This document shows, one piece after another, positions 1 through 10,490 of a stretch of 60,531 nucleotides of DNA; position 1 is the stretch's first letter; every line of letters starts with the position of its first letter. A program made the translations under genes and the position numbers. Source of the DNA: a virus (Duplodnaviria > Caudoviricetes). A model generated the notes under the pieces. The model saw only the letters and a program-made list of their open reading frames with translations. It did no database searches and had not been told where the DNA came from. Location: IMG/VR virus record IMGVR_UViG_3300046004_001101, positions 1 through 60,531 of that record. One strand, written 5' to 3'.

Positions 1-921
1 GATAAAATTGATACGTTAAAAAATTATAGTATTCCTGCTTTAAACACATCATTAGCGATTACTTCAATTTATAGCGTAACTCAAGCAGCGCAATCAGCTT
101 TAGACGCATTGAAACAAATTGGCGCACAAAAAGATGCTGAATTAGCTAGACAGGCTGAATTAGCTAGACAGGCTGCTGAGGAAGCAAATCAACCTAAAGT
201 CCCTGAACTACCTAAAATTCCTGAAATACCTTCAATCCCAACCACACCTACCGTTCCTACAACACCTAGCACCCCAGTTGTCCCTACCGTTCCTACAACA
301 CCTACAGTTCCATCAATACCTACTAAATCACCAATACAAGAGTTTCTCACACCTTATTTAGATGCTATTAAAATACCTACTGCTGATGATATTAGAGCAA
401 TAACTACAGTAGCTGACGCTGAACGATATGGGATACCAATTGCTAAAAACATCACTGATTTTTACAGCTTAATAACAGGTGGTTCAGATAGGGTTTTCTA
501 CAAAAACGATGTGTTCACCAATGCAGGTGTGATGTCAGGTGCGACAATGACTGAACTTAACGGTGTATCTATACCTCGCGGTTATCGAAATTTAGATATT
601 CGTCCATTTGCAAACGGAGGTGCATTCACTAACGGTATTGTGTCTGAACCAACTATGTTTAATATGGGTGTAATGGGTGAAGCAGGTAGTGAAGCAATTA
701 TGCCGTTAGCTAATGTTGGTGGTAAATTAGGTGTTATAGCTGCTAATGATTCAGGTAACAATGAAGAAGAATTAGCAGAATTGAAAAAACAAAATCAGAT
801 TTTAATGGCACAAAATCAAATCTTACAAGCGGCATTCCAAGAAATGATTAGACAAAATGAAGTTGCAAACGATAAATTAGATTCAATTGATTCAACCACA
901 AGGAAACAAGTAAATGGCTAA
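1..921 (+). CDS. Tail tape measure protein, C-terminal part (5'-truncated by window)
   Basis: Frame is open from base 1; C-terminal FANGGAF...MGEAGSEAIMPL motif typical of lambda-like tape measure C-termini; followed by tail genes. Confidence 0.8.
   Translation, partial: DKIDTLKNYSIPALNTSLAITSIYSVTQAAQSALDALKQIGAQKDAELARQAELARQAAEEANQPKVPELPKIPEIPSIPTTPTVPTTPSTPVVPTVPTTPTVPSIPTKSPIQEFLTPYLDAIKIPTADDIRAITTVADAERYGIPIAKNITDFYSLITGGSDRVFYKNDVFTNAGVMSGATMTELNGVSIPRGYRNLDIRPFANGGAFTNGIVSEPTMFNMGVMGEAGSEAIMPLANVGGKLGVIAANDSGNNEEELAELKKQNQILMAQNQILQAAFQEMIRQNEVANDKLDSIDSTTRKQVNG
136..325 (+). repeat. In-frame tandem repeats (AELARQ x2; Pro/Thr-rich PTVPTT units)
   Basis: gctgaattagctagacag at 136-153 and 154-171; cctaccgttcctacaacacct at 247-267 and 283-303. 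Confidence 0.9.
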
Positions 922-2731
922 AATTCAAGGTTCTTGGATTTGTACCATCAATGTTTTAGATTCGGCTGGGTTACCAGCCGTTCTCTACTTCTCTGATGAT
1001 GGGTACAAAGATACAAAAGGGATTTATTATCAACCACGCATGAAACAACCTGCTAGGATTACGATAGCAGTAAATGACGGTGGGTTATTACCTAATGTGT
1101 CAGGACAATCATCTATCGGTGAAATTGAACTTGATAATACAGACGGTAGATTGAACTACTTAGCAGATTATTATTTAGATGGTCGTGATTGTACTCTACA
1201 GTTAGTTAGTATAGATGGTACAGTTACAACGTGGTTTAAAGGCATTGTGACGCGAATTAACCAACGTGGCACAAGTATATATCTCACACTAAAAACGTTC
1301 TCAGAATCGTTAGATTTACCATTAAATCAGGCACGATATAATGGGTCAGGTGGTGTGGAAGGATTACCGACTGATGTGATGGGTAATGTTAAACCACGAA
1401 TATACGGTAATGTGTTAAATGCGTCACCTGTATTGTGTTATGCGTCATTAGGCATTTATCAAGTAAGTGATTTAGCTACTTGCTCTGTGTCAACTGTATA
1501 TCATAAAGGGTTAGCCTTAACATTAGGAGTAACTAGACCTAGTTTAGCCGCATTATTAGCAAACACACCTACAGCAGATACTTATGATAGATTTCAAGGT
1601 TACTTTCGATTGGGTACGATGGATGTACAAGAAATAACAGTGGATGCGTCTGATGACGTGAATAAAGCAGGTGATGTGTTTGATAAGATATGTCAATCAA
1701 TTTCGTTTTCATCTGGTATGCGAACCATTGCTGAAATACCAGCTTTATTAGACGCTCCTACGAATAAATATCAAGTAAGCGGGTCTACATCTACTGTGAT
1801 ACAAAATGTTTATAACAGCGGTGTATTGTTTGATTCTGGTACGATTGCGGCTGACTTATCGACCTTTAATTCAACCACTCCGTTAGCAGGCACTTGTGTT
1901 TCGTATCAAAACCTAGTTAAAATCACTCCTCGTAATAGCACTGAATACCCATTTGAACCAATACCGATTGTTGCTATCACTTGTGATTATATTGATTCCG
2001 CAGTTGACTATACATCAAGTAAAACAATCACAGTTAATTCAACCGCTATCACAAACCTTAATGCAGTAAGTACAGGTGGATTAGGATTATACATCAATCA
2101 AGAAACCACATTTAGAAGCGCGTTAGATTCTGTGGTTAAATCGGTTGGTGGGTATTGGTGGTTTGGTGATTCGATTGATAACAGTGCATTTATTATGAAT
2201 GCTGATATTTATTCTGAACCTGATGACATAGCTGATTTCACTGTTCAACCATATCAAATTCAATCTGCTGAACGTACTGCTACAGGTGTGGCTGAAAACG
2301 GCATTCCATTTTATTCTATTGTGGGTAAATACGGTAAGATTGAAACAGTCCAAAAAGATGTATTAGGTGCGACTACTCAAGCAAGACGTTCACGAGTAGC
2401 GCAACATTATTTAGTGTACGAATCATTTGATGGTGTGGTTAAACAAAAACACCCACAAGCACAACGATTAGAAATCGAAACCTTATTAAGTACATCGAGT
2501 GATACAACTGCTGTTACCGATAGATTGCTAAACTACTTTAAGAAACGTTGTGATATTGTGTCTGTGAACGCCTATTTTAGTAATTTACCTGAAATAAAAA
2601 TAGGTCAAACAGTTCTTGTAAAATACGATAAGCTGTGGTATAATGATGGGGTTAAATTTAGACTCATTGGTTATGAAATGGATATTAAACGTAAATCAGT
2701 TACGATGAAGTTAATGGGGTACAAAGTATGA
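914..2731 (+). CDS. Tail tip/baseplate hub-like protein
   Basis: 605 aa ORF coupled to tape measure; KPRIYG..N.SP motif seen in siphovirus tail-tip proteins; position. Confidence 0.6.
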   Translation: MAKIQGSWICTINVLDSAGLPAVLYFSDDGYKDTKGIYYQPRMKQPARITIAVNDGGLLPNVSGQSSIGEIELDNTDGRLNYLADYYLDGRDCTLQLVSIDGTVTTWFKGIVTRINQRGTSIYLTLKTFSESLDLPLNQARYNGSGGVEGLPTDVMGNVKPRIYGNVLNASPVLCYASLGIYQVSDLATCSVSTVYHKGLALTLGVTRPSLAALLANTPTADTYDRFQGYFRLGTMDVQEITVDASDDVNKAGDVFDKICQSISFSSGMRTIAEIPALLDAPTNKYQVSGSTSTVIQNVYNSGVLFDSGTIAADLSTFNSTTPLAGTCVSYQNLVKITPRNSTEYPFEPIPIVAITCDYIDSAVDYTSSKTITVNSTAITNLNAVSTGGLGLYINQETTFRSALDSVVKSVGGYWWFGDSIDNSAFIMNADIYSEPDDIADFTVQPYQIQSAERTATGVAENGIPFYSIVGKYGKIETVQKDVLGATTQARRSRVAQHYLVYESFDGVVKQKHPQAQRLEIETLLSTSSDTTAVTDRLLNYFKKRCDIVSVNAYFSNLPEIKIGQTVLVKYDKLWYNDGVKFRLIGYEMDIKRKSVTMKLMGYKV

Positions 2732-3927
2732 GTAATGTTGCTATTGCTTATCCTAATCGCTTGCTCGAATTAAAGAAACTTCACCAAGTAACTTGGACGG
2801 ATAATTCTAACCTACCTTTAAGTAACATTACAACCAATATCTTAGCTGAAACTGCTCGTACTTCTGATTTTGGCAGCTTATCCGCTAAGAAAGTATCTTT
2901 CGGTGTTTCACTTGCTAACTTACCATATCGTACTTTCGGTGCAGTTGGTTTAATTAACCACAATTTATCAACCTCTGCAAAAGTTAAGTTTTCAGTTTTC
3001 AACGAACCTCCTATTGAATATAGTAACACACCAGCAGAAATCAATGGTACTAACACCGTTACGCTAACATTAAAATCATCTGTACCGACTATTGCAACAG
3101 GAACAAAATTAAAGTTTTATGCGTGCAGTTCCGACAAAAATGATTATATATCAGGTTCATATTTTTATGCAACTGTGGTGTCACATTCAGGTACAAGTTT
3201 AACAGTTAGTCGTACTGGTAATTATGTTAATAACGGTATTTTAACGACGTACAACGTCTGGTATGTAGGATACGGTCAACAATCGGGTAAAACTGAATCG
3301 TTTGTGTTGAATGCACCACAGTGGTTTAATGTGTGGAAACGAATTAAGCCAAGCGATTCGCCACAATTAACATGGCGGTCAACCAACTTGTGGCGTGGAA
3401 CTATCGAAGAAGAACAACGATTGTCATTCACAAAGATTCATATTTCATTTTTGAAAGATGAATTCACGGGCTACCAGCCCGTAGGAACACATTTGCATAT
3501 TGATTTAGATGATTCAAATGAAGCATCAAATCCTGATTTATTTATTGAATTAGGACGTTTGTTTATCGGTCAATATACACAACCTACAATCAATCCTGAA
3601 TACGGTGCAATTACACATGGATTTCAAGATAATTCTGAAATCAGCATTTCTAATTCAGGTACAGAGTTCTTCTATGAGAAACAAAAAGCGCGTACTGTGG
3701 ATGTACAGTGGAATTATCTAACAGAAGATGAAGCGTTCGGTGGCATTTATGAAGCTAGTCGTTCACAAGGTATCACAAGAGAAGTGCTTTATGCTTACGA
3801 TGTAGATGATACAGGTGCATATCAATATGCTAGAAGTTTCATAGGTCGTTTTACACAATTAAACCCGATAACTCAACCGAATGTTGGTTTATACGGTTCT
3901 TCAATTAACATTAAGGAGTTATTATGA
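2728..3927 (+). CDS. Tail protein
   Basis: ATGA overlap; INHNLS and IELGRLFIG motifs of minor tail proteins; position. Confidence 0.6.
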   Translation: MSNVAIAYPNRLLELKKLHQVTWTDNSNLPLSNITTNILAETARTSDFGSLSAKKVSFGVSLANLPYRTFGAVGLINHNLSTSAKVKFSVFNEPPIEYSNTPAEINGTNTVTLTLKSSVPTIATGTKLKFYACSSDKNDYISGSYFYATVVSHSGTSLTVSRTGNYVNNGILTTYNVWYVGYGQQSGKTESFVLNAPQWFNVWKRIKPSDSPQLTWRSTNLWRGTIEEEQRLSFTKIHISFLKDEFTGYQPVGTHLHIDLDDSNEASNPDLFIELGRLFIGQYTQPTINPEYGAITHGFQDNSEISISNSGTEFFYEKQKARTVDVQWNYLTEDEAFGGIYEASRSQGITREVLYAYDVDDTGAYQYARSFIGRFTQLNPITQPNVGLYGSSINIKELL

Positions 3928-5474
3928 CAGTTACGGTAACTATTCCGCCAGTCATGTCTTATGACGGAACATCACACATTTATTCAGATGATTCTGACCC
4001 TTCAACAGGATTAGACGGTGGAGGTCATGTTGAGAGATTTGTTCCTGCTATAAAAGATGTCGTAAGTGTTGCAGAATATGTGACAAATGCCGCAATTAGC
4101 GTTTTAGGTGGGGCGACAACAAATAGCACCAGCACAACATCACTTGCGATTAGTACAGGCTCAAAATCAGTAACACTTGTCGAAAGCGGCAAAGCGTACA
4201 CGGTTGGGCAGTGGGTTATTATTGCATCAACAGCTAACCCTGCGAACAATATGAAGGGTCAAGTAACGGCATTTAGTGGAACATCGCTTGTTGTAAATGT
4301 TACTAGCGTGAGTGGTAGCGGTACGATTTCAGCATGGTCGATTAGTGTTACAGGTGGTGCTGACATCACATCAACAACATCAGTTTTGAAAGGTGATAAC
4401 TCTGGTAATGCCGTTGCCGCAACTGCTGGTACTGATTATGCTGGGATTGGAACACCGAACGTGTTTACACTTGACCAAACAATAAACGGTGTTCGTGTTG
4501 GCAGTGGTCCAGGTTCGCCCATTGCGAAAAACGCAGTCTTAGGTGCTGGGGGGGCGGCGCAAGCCAACGTCAACGGCGTGGAATCTGTCGTAATCGGCAA
4601 TGCCGCTTTTGGCTATTCAAAAGATTTTGTGCGCTCAGTCGCCATCGGGTTTGGTTCTGGATTGTGGTTAGGTAGCGATTACCACCCAACAACAGCAGGT
4701 TCGTTTGTTGTGGGGGGTCGATACATTATCAAATCAGTAGGGACAACAGACTTCACATTGATTGGTGCAGCATCAAATACGGTCGGTATAAGTTTTGTGG
4801 CAACGGGCGTTGGGTCAGGAACAGGCACAGCGAATGCAGTATGTGAAAGAGTGACGCTAGTCGGTGAAAACACTATGTGGAATTTTAACACCATCCCGTA
4901 CAAAAATTCATCTGCTTTCGGAGCTGGAGCTGTTTTTACTGGAAATAATCAGGTTAAATTGGGGGATAGTGCTACGCAGGTTTATTGCTATGGCGCATCA
5001 ATAAACTTTTTGTCAGACATCCGAGATAAAGCGGATGTTCGAGATACAATTTTAGGTTTAGATTTTATCAATGCTTTGCGACCTGTCGATTACAGATGGG
5101 ATATGCGTGAGGATTACAAATCTACATTACCAGCATTACTTGATATTCCAGCAGAAGCTACTGGTGAGGAAGCTGTGGAAATTGAAGCGCAAAATAAATT
5201 GCGAGTCGAATCTTGGGTTAATGAGAACAACATGGGAAGCTTGCAGCATAACGGTTCTAAAAAGAGGTTACGTTATCATCATGGTTTAATTGCTCAAGAA
5301 GTCAAAGCCTTGATTGATTCCACTGGTGTTGATTTCGGTGGCTTTCAAGACCACAAAATTAAAGGGGGTGAAGACGTTTTGTCAATTGGTTATGACGAAT
5401 TGATTGCACCGTTAATTAAAGCAGTGCAAGAAATTTCGGCTGATTTTGAAGCGTATAAATTGGCACATCCGTAA
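3924..5474 (+). CDS. Tail fibre with C-terminal peptidase S74 intramolecular chaperone
   Basis: G/S/T-rich body; SDIRDK...GLDFINALRPVDYRW...HHGLIAQEV...YDELIAPLIKAVQE. Confidence 0.88.
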   Translation: MTVTVTIPPVMSYDGTSHIYSDDSDPSTGLDGGGHVERFVPAIKDVVSVAEYVTNAAISVLGGATTNSTSTTSLAISTGSKSVTLVESGKAYTVGQWVIIASTANPANNMKGQVTAFSGTSLVVNVTSVSGSGTISAWSISVTGGADITSTTSVLKGDNSGNAVAATAGTDYAGIGTPNVFTLDQTINGVRVGSGPGSPIAKNAVLGAGGAAQANVNGVESVVIGNAAFGYSKDFVRSVAIGFGSGLWLGSDYHPTTAGSFVVGGRYIIKSVGTTDFTLIGAASNTVGISFVATGVGSGTGTANAVCERVTLVGENTMWNFNTIPYKNSSAFGAGAVFTGNNQVKLGDSATQVYCYGASINFLSDIRDKADVRDTILGLDFINALRPVDYRWDMREDYKSTLPALLDIPAEATGEEAVEIEAQNKLRVESWVNENNMGSLQHNGSKKRLRYHHGLIAQEVKALIDSTGVDFGGFQDHKIKGGEDVLSIGYDELIAPLIKAVQEISADFEAYKLAHP

Positions 5475-5510
5475 TGAATAATATAACACTCTCGTACTGA
5501 ACCTGACAAT

Positions 5511-5541
5511 GAAAAAGGGAGCTTTTAAAGCTCCCTTTTTC
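5511..5541. terminator. Bidirectional intrinsic terminator
   Basis: gaaaaagggagcttt-t-aaagctccctttttc between convergent genes. Confidence 0.9.
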
Positions 5542-6015
5542 TTATACTTTATTTGTTTTCATTATCTCAGCTAATTCCTTAGCTCGATAACCCACTTGTT
5601 TGTACCATCTACTCCGTAACATCTCATTAGATGCCATTGTCGTTTTGCCCTGTGACACATATTTAAGTGTCTTATCAAAGTTTTCTAACCCACCTAAACC
5701 TAAATTGTATCCCATATCGAGTAATACTAATGCGCGAGCATTAGATAAACCATTAAACCACTCATATTTCGCTTCTAAGCCTTCTTTTACGTTTAGACAT
5801 ACTTGCGAGGCTAGTTGTCTTGCACGAATCTCAGAGATGCCTTTACGTTTAAAATTTAATATCGTTTTCTTGTCTAAGTGAAGCTGATTATAAGTTAAGT
5901 TATAACCATAACCAATCGCTAAAGTACCATGTGAATCTTTATGTGCTTTTGGTGAAAAACCTTCATGTGTCATTGCACCATTTAAACACATTGCTAAAAC
6001 TGCTGATGTTATCAT
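5542..6015 (-). CDS. GH24 (T4-like) lysozyme, copy 1
   Basis: HEG...D...IGYG, DMGYNLG, EMLRSRWYKQVGYRA. Confidence 0.88.
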   Translation of the reverse strand: MITSAVLAMCLNGAMTHEGFSPKAHKDSHGTLAIGYGYNLTYNQLHLDKKTILNFKRKGISEIRARQLASQVCLNVKEGLEAKYEWFNGLSNARALVLLDMGYNLGLGGLENFDKTLKYVSQGKTTMASNEMLRSRWYKQVGYRAKELAEIMKTNKV

Positions 6016-6200
6016 TATTTAGTTCTCCTAAATGAACATTACTAAGACTAATGTGACCCATGACCAACCACTAATGTGGTCAAATAATTTAACGAAGTAC
6101 GAATCTTCTTTTTCATGTTCACACGCGCCTTGTACGAAGTAATTTGGATATGTCATAATTTTCTCTATTGTTTAGAAGTTGTTAGTGTAACAGACTTTTC

Positions 6201-6575
6201 TTAAAATAAACTTAATTGTTGTTTTTCATTAGTTTCTAATAAGTAAATTGGAATCCTCTTTTTCTTTGCAATATCAATCATGTGCTTCGTACCTTTACTC
6301 TCACCATCCCAAATACACACTAATTGTTCCGCATAGTCAGCCATTTCTTGATTACGAATGTAACCAGCGGATTTACCGTATTCATTCCAATTAGCAGGAA
6401 ATCGTTTAATCGGAATATCCCATCTATTACCCCACCATTCTCCATGATAATCCACTCCTTTTGCTGTACCTGACACGACTTCTGTGATTTCAACACCTAA
6501 TAATCTAAGTTCTGAAAGATACTCAATTGTTGTTTCAAAATCAATAGTTCGTGAACCTGCTATAATTGTTTTCAT
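6201..6575 (-). CDS. SLOG superfamily (YspA/DUF2493-like) protein
   Basis: IIAGSR, VSGTAKGVD, AGYIRNQEMA, WDGESKGTKHMI. Confidence 0.85.
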   Translation of the reverse strand: MKTIIAGSRTIDFETTIEYLSELRLLGVEITEVVSGTAKGVDYHGEWWGNRWDIPIKRFPANWNEYGKSAGYIRNQEMADYAEQLVCIWDGESKGTKHMIDIAKKKRIPIYLLETNEKQQLSLF

Positions 6576-6636
6576 TTTATTCTCCTAATAATTGAAACCG
6601 CTACCCGAAATAGATAGCGGTAGGTTGACACAATGT

Positions 6637-6801
6637 TTAATCGCAGTTAGCGTTGATTACAATAAACACATTGCCTTCATAATCATCAGTTGAAATAGAC
6701 GTTATGTCTAAGTAACGTTCATCAAACCTTTCTGCTAAAACGCACATCTGCGTATCTTCATCAAACTGTGATAAAAATTCAATCATTTCTTTTACTTTCA
6801 T
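6637..6801 (-). CDS. Small hypothetical protein (MKVKEMIEFL...; not in ORF track)
   Basis: 54 codons, AGGAG upstream; N-terminus similar to 30044-30214. Confidence 0.7.
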   Translation of the reverse strand: MKVKEMIEFLSQFDEDTQMCVLAERFDERYLDITSISTDDYEGNVFIVINANCD

Positions 6802-6814
6802 TGCAAACTCCTAA

Positions 6815-7531
6815 TTAAGAATGTAAACGTAATAAATCTTTTTGAAAACGCGAACTAAACTTTTTATCGAATAATCGCTGCAATCTTGTTTTGCGAGTAT
6901 CTCTATCATAATCGCCTTCTTCCAACATCAATGTGTTAGCGTTCTGTAAAAAAGCAACTGCTTCTAATTCTAAAGGACTTAGATAATCACGAATAGATGA
7001 TTCATGTAAAGGAATACTGTTTCGATGTTTATATCCTTGTGCTGTTAATCCTAACACAATTTCATTAAGTATATCAAACTCTCTAGCATGGTCATACATA
7101 CTGATTTCTTTTTCATTCTCGATAGCACAATCATCAAAAGCGTCTAACATTGGATATGCTTCTTCTCTTGCAATCTGACGATGAATATATTTCTGGTTAG
7201 CTTGATTCTGACTTTCTCTCAACTTATCTTCGCACTTAATAAAGTAATCTCGATATTCATGAGCTTTCTTAGTTTTAGCCATCATAGCTAAATGTTTAGC
7301 AAAGTTTAAACTTATAGCAAATTCGTTGGTTTCATTGCCGTTCGTCACAATGACGAACCCTAACCAATCTCTATTTTCTAAGAAAAATTCATTATTAACA
7401 ATGTTCTTTTCAGACCATCTTTTCCAATTAGATTTATCTAAATCTAAACCCTCATATAACTCTTTAGCTGATACACTTTGTACATAAGAATCACTTAAAC
7501 GATTCATAGTAACTGAAATTAACTCTTTCAT
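6815..7531 (-). CDS. AntA/AntB antirepressor-family protein
   Basis: VSAKELYEGL...FAKHLAMM...AHEYRDYFIKCE. Confidence 0.85.
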   Translation of the reverse strand: MKELISVTMNRLSDSYVQSVSAKELYEGLDLDKSNWKRWSEKNIVNNEFFLENRDWLGFVIVTNGNETNEFAISLNFAKHLAMMAKTKKAHEYRDYFIKCEDKLRESQNQANQKYIHRQIAREEAYPMLDAFDDCAIENEKEISMYDHAREFDILNEIVLGLTAQGYKHRNSIPLHESSIRDYLSPLELEAVAFLQNANTLMLEEGDYDRDTRKTRLQRLFDKKFSSRFQKDLLRLHS

Positions 7532-7556
7532 AATTTTAAAACTCCGAAAAATAAGA

Positions 7557-7688
7557 AACCCTTACAAAATAAACACTATATCGCCAAATATAAAAACCTA
7601 TTTTAAAAGGTTTAGTGTTCAATTGTAAGGGTTATAGATTTTTATACTTGGCAATATAAATACTACCATAGCATAAATATGATGTCAA
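7557..7688 (-). promoter_or_regulatory. Sigma70 promoter and structured leader of antA gene
   Basis: TTGACA-17-TAGTAT (7688-7660); interleaved inverted repeats 7639-7658/7577-7596 and 7623-7633/7557-7567. Confidence 0.75.
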
Positions 7689-7695
7689 GTTTTAT

Positions 7696-8265
7696 TTAAC
7701 CTCCATAAGGACTTACATATTCGCCATGATTGTGGAAATCACCGTACATCTCAATTCGTTTCAATCTAATAGCTTCTTCAGCATCTTCTATTCTACCGAA
7801 TCTACCGACCTTGATATTTCGCTTCCCGTCCCATATTTGAGCTAACCATTTAGAACATTCTTTATCCCAACAAACACCTTTTATTCCAGATGTATTATCT
7901 TTACGCATCAATCTGTTTCTAGCATTTTCACTGTCTGTAGCTTCGCGTAAATTACACCATCTATTATCATGTCTAACATTGTTAATATGGTCGATTTCGC
8001 TTTTAGGTTCTTGACCAGTTACTAACTTCCATATCAACCTATGGATACTAAACGTCATATCATTTACTTTCACTGTTAGATAACCTGTTTTATTTATCTT
8101 ACCTGCCGCAGTTCCTGCGAATCTCTTGTTAGAGCCTATATAATTGTTGTTCGATTGATAATGGTAACGAGGGCGATGTTTCCAAATAAAACTCCCTGTT
8201 TCTGGATTATAATCGAAACACTCGTTTAAGTATTCTTGTGGCGGAAGTTCATTATATTTTTTCAT
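7696..8265 (-). CDS. HNH endonuclease with AP2-like C-terminal domain
   Basis: IHRLIW, IDHINNVRHDNRWCNLREAT..EN, NTSGIKGV.W. Confidence 0.92.
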   Translation of the reverse strand: MKKYNELPPQEYLNECFDYNPETGSFIWKHRPRYHYQSNNNYIGSNKRFAGTAAGKINKTGYLTVKVNDMTFSIHRLIWKLVTGQEPKSEIDHINNVRHDNRWCNLREATDSENARNRLMRKDNTSGIKGVCWDKECSKWLAQIWDGKRNIKVGRFGRIEDAEEAIRLKRIEMYGDFHNHGEYVSPYGG

Positions 8266-10408
8266 ACTTGACTCCTATGTCTTTTAAAATAGAATATGCT
8301 TCGTTGATATACCAATCATAATCTAAATCTACTGGAATTGAAAGTGTTAGTTTCATTAAGGGTCTACACTTTTCACTTGTCGGTACGTTATTGCCGCTAT
8401 TAGCATACATTATAGATGTATTTGTTGATATACTGTGATAAAAACGAATTGTTTTCCCTAGATACTCAACATCCTTTATCGCGCCACCAGTTACGTTGCG
8501 AATAGTTAAAAACTTTCGTATATCTATACAATTAGTGACATAATCCTCAATAGTAGACATTCCTAATAAATAATTAGCTACTGCATCAGCGCATACGTTA
8601 TTTTGTGGATTTTTAACTAATGATTCTTCTGAATAAGCTCCTTTTCGTTTTAATTCGCCATTAGTCTTAACACTAAAATAATTATTCACGTCACGACTGT
8701 GGATAGATTTGTAATGGGTGTATTCCATCACATAACTTGTTTCAAGCTCCCATTGTTTAACAATAGAATTCAATAATTCCCTATCGGTTCGTTTTATTTT
8801 TATACACAGACCGTCTGTGTTTACCTGCACTATGTGAAAACCAACTTCTTCAAATCTTTCAGCTATCATCAAGATGCACATTTGACCACCAGTTGTAGTA
8901 GACAACATCAGTTCTGGTTCGTATAACACACTGTATTTACTAGCGGTTTTCCCATACGTCGCATTGCTCGCGATTTTCAATGCAGCGTCCGTTATTTTAT
9001 CTTTGTTCTTTTTAGCTTCAATACGTCGTTCTTTTACTGATGTATAAACTTTTAGAAACGAACTGCCTATTAACTTAGGATATAAACCTCTGTTAATAAT
9101 CCAAGACGGATACATTGATGCTACGTCAACATCAATTAGTTCGTATTCCTCATCTTCGTAATAACTAATATTTTCTTCACTACTGTGAACTCCACCAATA
9201 GATAATCGTATTGTAGACCCTCCTACATCAACTGCTAAATCAGCCATAAATCCTGCTTGCACAATTCCGTTGATTACATCGAATTTAGTAGAAGTTACTT
9301 TGTCATAAATTTCCTGTAAATCGTTTCGTTTGAATTTAATAAAATCCCATCGTTTAACTGTTACAAAAGGAATCATTCTTTCGGGATTAGGCGTGAATTT
9401 TTTACCAGCAGCTAATTCACATTCTATCTTGATAATAGCTTCCCCTATTTGAGCATCACTTTTACTTCTAGCATCAAACCCATATTGTTTGCCGATACTT
9501 TTCCTAAGTTCCACATTAGGTATCAACTTATTATACAAATACGCTGTCGTTTCAACGTCATTCAAACAATATCTACGCACGATTGAAATCTGGTCATCGT
9601 TTAAATTTATACCCACTTTAAATGGAAGGTCTTGTAAATTAGGTGTGTGTAATCTTGCACCATATAACTTCAATGAACCTTTTAATGGTGCAACTTCAAT
9701 CAAGTCAATATGGTCGATATTTTCTAACTTCACGCCTTTAAATTGTTTCACAACTTGATAAGGACGTAACCCGTTTTCATCGTTAATCAATAATTCGGTT
9801 ACTTTCCACAAATCATCTAAGCCTTTACCAGCTAACGCAACTTGTAATAAAGGTAAATCGAATTTAATCCCATTAAACGATACTAATGTGTGATTGTTGA
9901 TGAACCATTGTACACCTTGTATATCAAGTTCTTGTTCATCCGTTTTTTCAAAATACCAACATCTACCTGTGCGATAACCTAAGAACATGATTAGAAAATA
10001 GTTACCGTAAATCTCGATGTCGAATATCAATTCTTCATCTTGTGGTTGACTAATATCCTTAAAGAACTTGTACTGATAATTCAGTGATTCTTCTAAGTTA
10101 GGTAAGTAATCTGGTTCTTCCCATGTACGCTTAGGAATTACCTTTTCTTTCGCTTTCTTAGGCTTAACTTCTGTGAAGCCACCTAACAGGTCAAACTGAT
10201 ACTTTACGTCGCTCTGTGAGCCAAAATACTGCTCAATTTTACGTTGTGAAGATTCATCGAATTCATCTTTAATCAGTTCGTAATCACTTTGTGTAATTCT
10301 AGGAATTTCATCTTCACACAAAGCATTACTTGATAACACATCTACGACTTCATCGTAGGTTAAGTTTGAATAATGTGCTAGGTCGATACTTGAAATATAT
10401 TTAGCCAT
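8252..10408 (-). CDS. DNA polymerase, family B-type
   Basis: Exo motifs FDIE, FNGIKFD, YCLND; polymerase motifs DVASMYPS, KIASNATYGK, NTDG. Confidence 0.9.
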   Translation of the reverse strand: MAKYISSIDLAHYSNLTYDEVVDVLSSNALCEDEIPRITQSDYELIKDEFDESSQRKIEQYFGSQSDVKYQFDLLGGFTEVKPKKAKEKVIPKRTWEEPDYLPNLEESLNYQYKFFKDISQPQDEELIFDIEIYGNYFLIMFLGYRTGRCWYFEKTDEQELDIQGVQWFINNHTLVSFNGIKFDLPLLQVALAGKGLDDLWKVTELLINDENGLRPYQVVKQFKGVKLENIDHIDLIEVAPLKGSLKLYGARLHTPNLQDLPFKVGINLNDDQISIVRRYCLNDVETTAYLYNKLIPNVELRKSIGKQYGFDARSKSDAQIGEAIIKIECELAAGKKFTPNPERMIPFVTVKRWDFIKFKRNDLQEIYDKVTSTKFDVINGIVQAGFMADLAVDVGGSTIRLSIGGVHSSEENISYYEDEEYELIDVDVASMYPSWIINRGLYPKLIGSSFLKVYTSVKERRIEAKKNKDKITDAALKIASNATYGKTASKYSVLYEPELMLSTTTGGQMCILMIAERFEEVGFHIVQVNTDGLCIKIKRTDRELLNSIVKQWELETSYVMEYTHYKSIHSRDVNNYFSVKTNGELKRKGAYSEESLVKNPQNNVCADAVANYLLGMSTIEDYVTNCIDIRKFLTIRNVTGGAIKDVEYLGKTIRFYHSISTNTSIMYANSGNNVPTSEKCRPLMKLTLSIPVDLDYDWYINEAYSILKDIGVKYEKI

Positions 10409-10434
10409 AAAGTCCTTTATCGGTAGACAAATAA

Positions 10435-10467
10435 AAACCTAGTCTATCACAAGAATAGACTAGGTTT
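10435..10467 (-). terminator. Intrinsic terminator
   Basis: 13-bp stem aaacctagtctat/atagactaggttt with U-run on minus strand. Confidence 0.7.
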
Positions 10468-10490
10468 CAATGTAAATCTGAAATTTAATT

